NCBI GenBank assembly: GCA_029953675.1
Contig: JAMWBK010000001.1
Location: forward strand, 806,001-870,000
Source: Rhodosorus marinus CCMP1338
Lineage: Eukaryota > Plantae > Rhodophyta
Direction of reading: 5' to 3'
DNA length: 64,000 bases
Made by a program: the position numbers and the translations under genes. Shown in pieces: positions 13,127 to 24,193 of the stretch. Within the stretch, counting starts at the first letter, position 1, and each line of letters opens with the position of its first letter. The notes beneath the pieces were generated by a model. It did no database searches. It saw only the letters and a program-made list of their open reading frames with translations, and was not told the origin of the DNA.

Positions 13127-14287
13127 ACGTCATCAAGGTGTACTTCCACATGGAATATTTCTGCGGGAAGATTCAGATTCAATTCCGCCCTGACACCTTG
13201 AAATGACCTACGTCCTCTCCAGGCCAGCAGTGGCTATATATCTCAACGGCAAACGGTCTTTGGAAACTATTGCTGGTCCTAAGACGGGGAATTTGTCTCA
13301 CGGAAAGCACTGAAATCCTGCACGGTTTGGGGAACAAATCTTGCGATCAATCAACGCCTGAATACTATACCGTTCGCCCACAACCGGACTTACACCCGGA
13401 CTTGCAGTACTACTTCCATCGTCTTCGCTAAAGAATACCAAATATGATCCGCATGGCCCGGCTGCTGGCTTTTGTGTGGGTGTCTAAATGGTGGAAATAT
13501 TACGATGCGTATAGATCCTGGCTTCGCAGTAGTCGCGCAACACCAGGACGGTTTCGTAAAGGTCGGCGACCTAAGCTGTGTGCAAACCTTGTTTGCTGTT
13601 GGAGAGGCCCCTTCGTGAACATGCTCTCTCAACAAGGATTACAATGTATAGTACTCACTTATTAAAACACTGAACGTGAGTCATCATCCATAGCCTTCTC
13701 TGACGCTTTACACGTCGTCTAGTGAACCTCTTTAAAGCGAACCAAACTCAATACATTCGGGACAAGACCGGGTGACTCTTATAGTAAAATCCGCATTCCT
13801 AGCTAAACCTCCAAAAAAGGTTTTGAAAACTTATTTCCAATTTCTGTAACGATCTCTCGGATTGAGAAAGGGTCTAACTGTCACACTTATCAGGCATCGA
13901 AAGCGGGGATTTTTCCACAAAACACCAATAGTGTGGGACGGAAAGTTCCACAAGTCACAATGAGAAATCTCTTTACATATCTCCATCAATCTAGGCTGGA
14001 TAGGTTCGAACTACTTTACTGGATAAAGTTGTTGGGGATCTCATAAAGAAATACAAAGGAGCCTAAGACAAAGGATCGTAAGAACAAGTTTGCCCCTTAC
14101 TGAGTACATCTGAAGCTTTTCCACTTTCGCAAGAAAAGTTGGCGACGAAGGTGTATTTGGTCGGAGATGATACGTTTGGTGAGACAGAAGAGAGCGCTCT
14201 TTTCCAAGGCTTTATCGAACGGACAAGAGTTTCGTGAAAAAGCAGAAGACCAGAATGAGCTGAGACGAAGGATATGAACTTGAAAAG

Positions 14288-15679
14288 ATGGGTAAAGGTT
14301 TTTATTCTCCGGACAGCTTCAAAATCCTGTCTGGGAGAGAGCCTCAAGCTAAAATGAACTTCCTGTGTGGTTTGGCTCTCTTTTTCGGGAACTGGTTAAC
14401 AGGTGAAATAGATGAATACCAGCCGAGAAATATCCTGTTGACAGGAGGAGCTGGGTTTATTGGTTCCCATGTAACCGTTAAGCTGGTGGAGAAGTATCCG
14501 GATTATCGTGTTATCGTGTTGGACAAAGGAGATTATTGCTCCGCAGAGGAGAATCTCAAGTCCGTCCTTCAGAATGAGAGGTTCAAGTTTGTACATGGTG
14601 ACATCCGGTCGAAAAGCCTCATAGACTATCTTCTCAGAGAGGAGCAGATCGATACAATCATGCACTTCGCGGCTTCCACCCACGTGGATAACAGCTTTGG
14701 GACTTCCATTGGGTTCACGATAAACAACGTCGTCGGGACTCACGTCCTTCTGGAGGCTGCTCGTGAGTATGGCAAACTGGAAAGGTTCATACACGTTTCA
14801 ACGGATGAGGTGTACGGTGGGGAAACGCAGCTGCTGCAAACAGAGGAAAGTTTACTCGCACCGACGAACCCCTATGCATGTACGAAAGCGGCAGCAGAGT
14901 ACATATGCCGGGCGTACCTCATGTCGTTCAACCTACCCATTGTAATGACCAGGGGCAACAACGTGTACGGACCACACCAGTACCCTGACAAGCTCATTCC
15001 AAAATCCATCTGTCTTCTGCAAGAGGTAAATCTCACCTCAAAGACTTAGGAGCACGGCGTGAGAACCCCAGCTCAGTGCCACCTCGTTCATGTTTTTCGT
15101 CGCTCAGGGCAAATCTGCGTTCGTTCATGGCGATGGCACTCCGACTAGGAACTATGTCTTCGTCGATGACTGTGTACACGCATTCGACATAATCCTACAC
15201 AGAGGCAGTCCTGGAGGGGTCTACAACATCGGATCTGATCAGGAGAAGAGCAACCTCCAAGTTGTGAAGGACATCATCCAATTTATGAACTTGAAAGCTG
15301 ACAGAGTCGAGCACGTTGAGGACAGAGCGTTCAACGATGAGCGCTATCGCATCGATTCCACTAAGCTCTTAGATCTGGGCTGGAGACAGGAGGTGAGGCC
15401 GTTCATAGCAAAGATCCAGACATGTGGTAGTTAGGAACCTGTTGGGGTCCACGGCGGTCCTTGTCCCATGGAAGGATTAGCACTACAACTGTCCGATTGG
15501 CTCTTGGCTGAGCAGTACCGCTTTTGAATCGCCATCCACAGGTCAGGTGGGAAGTAGGGCTTCAACTAACTATTGACTGGTACGGAAACAAGCAAAACCT
15601 TGAGCGGTGGCCAAGTTGGAGGAGCGGTCTCGTGCCTCATCCGCAGCTAGGAGTTCCTGCACAGCAAGAGCTTATCTAA
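14288..15679 (+). CDS. NDP-glucose 4,6-dehydratase (RHM N-terminal domain/TGDS-like extended SDR), 4 exons
   Basis: ATG G|intron|GT GAA gives MGEIDEYQPRNILLTGGAGFIGSHV; HFAASTHVDNSF, HVSTDEVYG, PTNPYACTKAAAE (YxxxK), TRGNNVYGPHQYPDKLIPK, HVEDRAFNDERY; last exon ends PHPQLGVPAQQELI* at 15679. Confidence 0.95.
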
Positions 15680-16306
15680 TAAATGCTAATTTTATTGCAA
15701 ACTTCGTATGAGCTTCTGCTCAGTCTGAGAAAATTAATATTTTGGCAAACATCAGGACGGGTAAGCTCAGAGAACTCATGTGAACCAAACTTCACACTCA
15801 CGTTACAGAACCGTGGATTGGTAGCCTCAAGGTTGCTAGGAGGGCATCGCTTACGTCGGGGAAAATCCCCCCACCCCCACGGGCTTCAAATCAAGACAGA
15901 AGTCCATGCTAGAGTGGCAGAACCCGTCTTGTCACTGCCGATAACAGCCTTGATGTCGCCCTTCAGGTTCCTCAAAGGTTTGTCGTAGAAAACACGGCTT
16001 CAAATTGAAGAAAACATTTCGGAGTCCAACCAATTCTATCCACAGCTTAAAAGCAGCTTCTTTGGTGTCAAGCACTTCAGAGTCCGGTCAATAATCTGAT
16101 GCTCCATCCTCACATCTTCGAATACAAGAACTCAGCAGGATCTCCGCTTGCATGGAAGAGATGCAGCTTCGTTGCTTTTGTTCACATCGTTCCGGTCGAT
16201 TCTCAGACACTACCAGTCTCGCAACCTCGATCAACGGGCGTTCGACTTGATAAGCTTTATGCAGAGTTTGGGTGCAGCATTCCGTTTTTCTCTCGGGGGC
16301 GATTTG

Positions 16307-17445
16307 TCAGAGCGCTCCAAGTCCTTCAAGATACAGCTTGACTGCTTCTGCTGACTTTTCCTTCTCTTCATCCAAGCATAAGGAGCCACAGCCGCGAAGC
16401 TCGATTATGGTTGTTGTTGATGGGTCAAAGGAAGCGAAGGCCCTTAACGAATCCTCATAGAGCTGGGACGCAGTACCGGTAATGATGAGAGCGCGGAATC
16501 GAAGCTTGGATAGAGTTTTTGAGATGTCTTTCCGCTTCGCATAAGCTGAAAGTAATCTGCCGTTCCGATGAGAATCCACTTGTTAGGCTTTCGTCTCGTT
16601 TTTTTTGGAGTTTCCACTCCGCGGCTGCTAGCAACGAACCTGGCAGTGTTGAAAGGATTGAGACGATTCAATGCGCTTTCGTACTTAACCCGCACGCGGT
16701 TTCCTTCAACTAGCTGTTCTCCAGAGAGCCATCTTGCCAGCAAACGCTTCTTCAACTGCTCATTCCAGCCGGCATATGACGTGTAGCGAACCGACGTAGT
16801 CAAAGTGAGCCATTCGGGAATGCTCGCCGCGTGAATCACCGGTGAAACAAGAATCAAACCGCGTACGGTTCCTGGATATCTGGATGCATAATCAAGAAGT
16901 ACTCTCGCTCCCGCTCCGACTCCCTAGAAGTCAAGAGAAGCCTTTCTTGAGACTAGATGACTAGATGACTAGATTTTGAGGAGCCCTAGTTCAATGCTTA
17001 CCAAGCCCAAAATTCTCTTCAATTGAAATCTATCGACGACTTTATGCAGCTCGTCGGCGATGTCTTCCAGGGTATACCAGTTCTCCCCCTCTGGCATAGT
17101 AGGTGCGTTCTCCTCATGGCCCGGCGCATCGACATAGTATTGTACAGAACCAACAAACGACTTCACGTTCTTGGATTGGCAAAAATCAACGAACTGGCCA
17201 AAACAGGTAACCGCGTTTGTGCAAATATCGTGAAGGGCAACCACTGCCTGCCGGTTACGACCGTCCGGTTCACCAACCACAGTCACCCGCAACCGCCCGA
17301 CGTATTCAACCACACGTCGTGTAGAGCTTTCTCCAACAAGCACATCTGTTGCTCCAGAATCGATCTCCAGCTCCAGATCACCCGAGAGCGGACCACAGTC
17401 CACCCCTGCCACATCATCCTCGAGACCAATATCAGGTTCAAGCAT
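16307..17445 (-). CDS. NDRG: NDRG/NDL family alpha/beta-hydrolase-fold protein; 5' end uncertain (possible further upstream exon)
   Basis: LRVTVVGE...AVVALHDICTNAVTCF, YVDAPGHEENAP, TLEDIADEL..V, LILVSPV, and C-terminal RALIITG...IIELRGCGSLCLDEEKEKSAEAVKLYLEGLG. Confidence 0.9.
16951..16974. repeat. GACTAGAT x3 tandem repeat inside an NDRG intron
   Basis: gactagatgactagatgactagat read directly. Confidence 0.85.
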
Positions 17446-18179
17446 CTTTTCCAACGATGAACGACCCTGTTTTGTTCAGAGCCTTGCAAAGCTATGCACC
17501 CAAAACCCCCCCGGTTGTACTAATATCTAGCGCGCCTGCCATACACTTCTCGCTCGTCCCCATTGACCTCTACACATTCTTTCCAAAGGAGGCGAACCTT
17601 CTCTGTTCAAGTCACGCTTGTCACCGGCTATTACCCAACCGGCCCCCTTCCCGAGTTACTAGTTTCACATGCTAGTTCACTGGCACCAAAAAGACACATC
17701 CTAAGCAGCTCTGAAGCCTGTCCTGTTCTAGACTAGATTGGTTCCCTCTACGCCGATGTTCATTGTTTAATATGCTCTCGACACCTAATGGATTCAGATT
17801 CAGACCAAGAGAACGGATACTAGCAAAAGGTTGGCTTCGGATTTGAGATTTGCAATGATCGCGAGAAACTCTACCAAAGCCTGCGCTCCGTCCTGCACCT
17901 AGCGGGCATTCTCTGGAAGCTGCCGAAAATGGCTGGTCGAAATCAGTACAACAGATTCAAGCCATGGGAGATGCAATAGAGGCGCTCGCTCGGTGAGAAG
18001 ACCACCATCGGGTTCTTCGGCACATTAAGATTTCATCTCCTATTTTCATTATCTTTACCATTTCGTAACAAAGGAAAAACAAAACACCAAAAAAAAAGAA
18101 CAGACAGGAAAAAAAGGCTAAACTCTCAATGAGACTCCGGTTGGACCTTTCAGGTAAAACCTAGAATGCCTCGCATGCT

Positions 18180-20175
18180 TTAAATCCCTCCTCCGATGAA
18201 GTAGAGCCTGAAAGTGTCGAACCAACTCGTCGTATTGCCTTGCCCACTCTTTCTGGCATTCTCTAGGGCGAGCTTGGATATGTCAATGTCATCTGGGTTG
18301 TTAGGGCGCTGCATCAGCTCTGACTGGCGCACCAGAGACGTGGATCTCTTTACATGTGACGGAGAATCTTGTTTGGCGGCTTCCTCCGTGCTCTTGTTAG
18401 CTGCATCTGCTGTCAGCTCAACAGGGCTCCCTCCGTTCTCCTCTGCGGCCTTGACATCTTTGCTTTCTGCCACCGCATTTTCTTGCACAGCGCTTGCTCC
18501 CCCTGTTGCAGATGGTTCAACCGCCCCTACTGCACCAGCAGTCTTTTCTTTTGGAAGCGCATCCGTGACTTGATTTTGCTTCATCAAAGCTTTCAGCGAC
18601 GACAACGATTTCCTACGCCCGCGAAGCAGAGGGGTTGGGTATCAGTAAGCCGGAGCTCACCAAGAAATAGAAAGCGGAGATACTTACTTTTCGGTCTTTG
18701 CTTTTTCAGGTGCCTTTCCTATTCTCACACTTTCCTGCTTGACATTCTTGTGAAACATTGGGTGCTTCTCGAGCTGAACGTAAAAGACTTTCACGAGATT
18801 CGCCTGCGGCTTTGCAAGCTCGTGCCGAACTGAGCTATTGTCACCCCAACCCAAGTCCACCAATCCCTGCAAGACGGCGGGGTTGGGGTCTAGAATCGGT
18901 TCCTCCGGAGCTACGAAATCATCGACGAACGGATTATCATCAGGGATAGAATTGTACCTGAGAACGGCGTCACGAATCAGTACGTGCAGCGGTGGAAAAA
19001 AGCTTAACCTTTGCGCGATTTGACAGGGCTCCTTACCATGGGTTCTGCTTGATCTCCGGAATCGTCAATCTCATCTTCGGGTCGACCATCATCATCCCCT
19101 TAATCAACGCCTTTATGTCCGGATCCATGTCCGTTGGAAAGTGGAAAACGCCTCTTTGAACCTTCAGAAGAAGACGCTGAATATTATCATCATCAAAAGG
19201 CAGTCTTCCTGCCACCATCGCATACAGGATCACTCCACAGCTCCAGATATCAGCCTCCAATCCATTGTACAAGTCTCCCGACACGACCTCTGGGGCCGCA
19301 TAGTGAGGTGAACCACAGGAAGTTTCCAATAGAGATCCCGGTATGTTCAAGTTCGTCATCCCAAAGTCAGCTACGCGAAGATTCAGATTTCTGTCCAGAA
19401 GCAGGTTCTCCGGCTTCAGATCCCGATGACTGTGCGCAAAATCGTTCCGGGATTAATGATCACGCGCGAACTATCAAAACACCCCGGACAGTGTAAATCC
19501 TCAAATCCTTACCATATGAGACGCTTGTGACAGTACTCCACTCCCGCGATCAACTGTCTGAAAAATTTCAGCGCTTGTTCAGAGCTCAACGGCCCATGTC
19601 GGACTAAATACTGGAAAAGCTCACAACCATCAACAAACTCTAGCACAAGAAACCTGGCATGGAAACAGGAATATTGAATTTAGTGTACATCCCAAAAGGA
19701 AGCATGGTATGAGGTTCTGAGAGGCAAACTTACAGATGAGTATCTATCTCGAAGACATCAAGCAGACGAAGAACGTTTGGGTGGCTGCATAGTTTCATCA
19801 CCGTGATCTCCCTCTGCAGCTTCTTCTTGAGCGATGGTTTTCGCACCAAATGCTCTTTTCTGACGATCTTGATTGCTGCCAATTCTCCAGTCTGAATATT
19901 TTTTGCCAGCTTCACTTTGCCTATCGATACGTGATCCAAAACATGCTTGTCAGCTTCACATCAGGTGATTCGACAAGAACATGTCGTCTGCATTTCCATT
20001 CCATCCAATCTTAGCCTCCTAGTTGTCTTCCAGTCGCAGGGTCTGAAAGCTATTCTTGCGCTGGCTAGTTTCACGTACCGGTAGCTCCCGTACCGAGCGT
20101 TTTCCCAAAAATATATGGACCAATCTCCGGCCCGACCGGAGTCTTTATCGATCCACCCCCACCATGGTGAGCCAT
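18180..20175 (-). CDS. BRSK/SAD/Nim1-like (AMPK-related CAMK group) Ser/Thr kinase with UBA-like segment, multi-exon
   Basis: Exon 1 [33 protein letters not shown]|[14 protein letters not shown]; [60 protein letters not shown]; LVDLGW...VFYVQL region typical of BRSK. Confidence 0.93.
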
Positions 20176-20677
20176 ATCTCAACCCACAGAATCCAACCCC
20201 CCCCTCTTCGAGAACCTCCTCAAGAAAAAACAGCGAATACTCCTTGGCACACCCCAAACCCCGCAGAATAACCCTCCTCAAAATCCACCCGCCTACACCA
20301 GCATCCGCCCAAAAACCAAGAAAACAAACCAGCCACAGCCCCAAGAAAACCACTCACCAAGGTCAACCCACCTCTTGTTCAAGCCCTAACGATCTCCTTT
20401 CCAGAACGCGTACGGCCCCCCGCCCCCCCTACCCCACCCCCCCCCCACCCCACCCCGCCGCCTCCACCAAAACGAATATCATCCAGCACTCACACTCCCT
20501 TTCTCATCTACGGTCAGTTCCCAAAACACTAACCATTGCATTCCTCCCTCTTAACGAAACAGAACAAACTTGTTCCTTCCCCGCCCAACAAACCCAACAC
20601 ACCTCTCAACTACCATGCACTCATGATCCTTTTTTACTAACATCCCGTCACATCGCCTCCTTCACCTCCATCACAAC

Positions 20678-20710
20678 CATCACCCCCATCACCCCCATCA
20701 CCCCCATCAC
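20678..20710. repeat. CATCACCCC 9-mer tandem repeat (~3.7 copies) in the pyrimidine-rich leader upstream of the kinase
   Basis: catcacccc catcacccc catcacccc catcac read directly. Confidence 0.8.
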
Positions 20711-22005
20711 AGCCCCTCCCCCACCCCTCCCATCACCGCATTCACCCCCTCCCTCACTCTCCTCCTCCCCCCTTGTCTTTTGCTCATATTTAACCCATCA
20801 ACATCCCATTCCCCACCAGTCTTCCCCCCTCCCTTCTTGTTTTGTACTTCAGTAAGCCCTAAATCACCAAATCGTATTTTTTTCTCCCACCAAACAAAAA
20901 ATCATCGAATCATGCCAGAAAACATCTTCACCCCATTTGGCTTGTAGAAGAAAATATGTTTCTGTAAGCTAATAACTAAATATGATCGGGTTACATTTTC
21001 CAACCCCCCAAGCTTTCACCCCTTGGTTTTCGATGAGAGAGGAAAAAAAAACCGGACAATTTCTCATTTTTTTTATCCACCTTTCAGGAAATAAGTTCGG
21101 AGTTGACCATCTCTCCTGTAATCGATAGGCTGTCATATTGGATCGTCAATATGGGAATTATAGAGTATATATGATATGGTGAAAGGGATTTTTCGTTAGA
21201 AAAGCTTCAGTACCGGTTGAAGCTGCTGTGGACTTTCTTAGTGCGGTGGTGAGGGGAAGATGGTTGTCGATTATATTCGGCTGATTATTGAAGGTACTAT
21301 GATCTGATATACCCTACACCCACCACCCCTCCCTCCCCCCCCGGCCTTAATTTTGCGTTTGATGTTTTGGGATTCGAGCACGGCGATGTTTCGAATCGTT
21401 CACTCTGCCTTGAGTAGAGCGGATCGCGGGAAGGTGCGATGAGGTGTTAGCCAACAAGTCTTGGCCCAATACGTTTCCTACACCTATGAAATCACGAAGG
21501 AACGGACTTATTCGGGCTGAGTTCGGATTTGATGCGCCACGCTCCATACTGCGTCCACTGTATCCTTAGATTCGTTTAGCCTAGTCACTGTATGTCAGAT
21601 CGCTGTAGCTCAGCCATAGCTGTTGCGGACTCCAGCTCTTGCACTGCACTTCCCATCAACATCGGCGCTCACTTCGAAAGATCCCTAGGCGTATCCTTAC
21701 CATCGTCTAGTGATCTTACGACGATGCATGCACAAGGCGCAGACGTATGTGAACAACTGTCTCAACAACATAAACAGTTGGCATCTCTGAATTTGGTTTT
21801 CCAATGCGATGAGAATCCTACTACGGAGGAAAGGATCTGAGCACAAAGATTAAGGGGGTGCGAATGACAGCTACAGTTGTGTAGATCGTCGATGAGGCCA
21901 GGGGAGGTTTGCGGAATGCGCAGATGGACTTGACGATAGAATTTTCTGCTTAGAAGGCCCAAGTAACTTCTCTTGCTTGCTCGCTTTCCTTTGAGGCATG
22001 AAAGA

Positions 22006-23088
22006 ATGTCAGCACCTCAGATTGGTACAGCCGGTGAAGGAAACCGGAGTAGAATAAAGACCTATTCACCAGAAGTTGACGATCTTCTCGGAGGGGGCTT
22101 CAACGCAGGAGAGCTCGTAGAAATATTTGGCCCGCCCGGCATCGGAAAAACGAGTTTTTGCGCGAGGATCTGTGTTCTTGCTCAGGTATGTGTACACTGC
22201 CATATACTGAAATGGAACGCAGTAGATGATAGGATATGACTTATTCTAGGTATGGCGCTTTGCTCGTTCTGCGCTTCAAATTCTTTCTGAATTCCATTCT
22301 GGGTACGCCAGATACAAGGTTTGGTTCCCTCCGATTCGAAAGCCCTGTATGTGACGGACAATTCTACGTCAACAGTTGAGACTCTTCGGACGATCGCAAC
22401 CGAAGCGTCAAAGCTAGACAAGGGGGCTCCCGAGATAGTGCGTCCACATTCAAGCAAGGGGTGTCCATTCTCGAACCCTTTACCAGCACTAGCACTAACG
22501 CTGCCGTATTGAATAGGTAGACAACGCACTCGACAACATTGGCGTAGTGTCTATACAAGATGCAGCTCCACTTCTCTCGCTTCCACTGTTTCTCGACCAG
22601 AACTACCTCCCCTTCCATCCACAAACAAAGCTGATCATCCTCGACAACTTCAGCAGTAGTCTTCATGTCCGCGACGCGAACGGAAACAACACTTTGTTGA
22701 GCAAGATCGGACGCTTTCTGAAACAACTATCCCGGATTGCGAGCACTTACGATGTCCCAGTTCTTGCTGTGAACTCCGTGAGAGAGGACGGTAAGTCACG
22801 CAGCACAAGGTGAAGATCGAAACCCCATCTAGCGGAGTCGCAGTCTAGATGGTTGTGGGCGGGCTTTGCTGACGCCATGATCTGCTCTTCGTGCTTTTCT
22901 TGCTCCACATGATAGTGCCTTCCACTCCGATCTTTGGGGACTCGTTCAACCATATTTTCAACCGACGCATAGAGTTTTTTTTCGATAGCAACGGCAGACG
23001 CAGTGCAAGACTCCACCGCGAGAAGTTTTCACATGCAGCATTGATCGAATACCCGCTCAGTGTGTCGCAGACCTGCAGGAACAAATGA
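22006..23088 (+). CDS. RAD51 paralog (RAD51C/D-like RecA-fold ATPase); start uncertain
   Basis: IKTYSPEVDDLLGGGFNAGELVEIFGPPGIGKTSFC (Walker A), KLIILDN (Walker B), DVPVLAVN, and last exon TPIFGDSFNHIFNRRIEF resembling the RAD51C PALGESWGH motif. Confidence 0.88.
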
Positions 23089-23639
23089 CCTTGAGGGCAG
23101 GAGCGAAGTGTATCATCTCCTCTAAATGAGCCGCCTGTTCGACGGCCTCAAAGAAGAGAGTACGGACCTTGGATAAATGCTCCCCTTCTACTTGCGAGCT
23201 TTTGCAAGGCAGTCCCAGCTGAGTCTGGAACGACTGCATAAGCGATAGCGAAGGAGATGCTAGTCCAGGAGCAGATTCTTGAAAAAACAAGCAAAAGGCT
23301 CCGCTTCCTCGTGGGTCTTCAGCCTTCTTTCCGGATGGGAGCTCCGACGGTCCTCAGCTGAGATATTGCCTCCGCCGTCGTACTGGAACCAGCTGCGACT
23401 GGCGTCTTCTGCGCCCTCGCCACTCAGTTGACCATCAGTGGTCTTCATACCATTGAATCCTTGCATGCCGGATAGTACTCTTTCCCTTCATTTGTCCTCT
23501 CGGATTCTCCACCCCAGTCATGCTGGCGTGGAGAATAGGACGTCTAGCGAAGACGAAGAAGAAGTGAGATCGATTGTCAAATGTTAAATAAGAAATTTCT
23601 ATTAGATTCTTTTTTATAAGTTTCCTTGATTTATACCAT
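23057..23639 (-). CDS. Small uncharacterised spliced protein
   Basis: ATG immediately followed by a GTATAA donor, an AT-rich intron, exon TSYSPRQHDWGGESERTNEGKEYYPACKDSM, donor GTATGA, then ORF ...KVRTLFFEAVEQAAHLEEMIHF; no family recognised and final frame uncertain. Confidence 0.45.
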
Positions 23640-24193
23640 TTTCGAGAGCTAGTCTCAATAGACTCCACAGGGCGCCGCCAGCTCTTGACTACTCAATTCT
23701 GAGCAACGTGCAACGAAGAGACTGGGATGAGATGGGTTCGAAAGGGCGAAGCAGAGCTCTTCTTCGCAACAGTTAAGGTTGAGAGATGGACCTGATAGCC
23801 AAGCATTTCTTTGGTAGACTATACCGAGCAACCTGTTGGCTACTTAATACTACGTTTTCCGTCCGCTAGGCTCTGGAGCAGCCTCCACGGTCCTCCACAG
23901 TCTCCCTCCACGTCGGTACTTTAGATCACAGAGCAGTTCGGCAGCTGTGGACGTCTTGAGACGCTTTTTGAGCTGGAAGAAAGCGTATGGGTGGTCCTTC
24001 AAAGTAGTTGAAGTCCCGACGGACCTTTTTCCTGTCTGGTTTGCTTTTCAGAACGAGGGGAACCTCAACCTAGTTGAAAGAGCAGTGCCGAAGATTCTGT
24101 TCATTTCTGTTGCGTGCAAAGGTTTTGGTTGGTTTCTACCGTTGAAAACTGGTTGAGGGGGAGAAATGTTTTGGCACTGACAGCCTGTAATAA

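Noticed and set aside
13130-14280. ORFs 13390, 13444 and 14063
   Set aside because: Random-looking composition; no motif.
20115-20855. 246-aa Pro/Thr/His-rich + strand ORF
   Set aside because: Antisense read-through of the purine-rich leader of the minus-strand kinase; low-complexity artefact.
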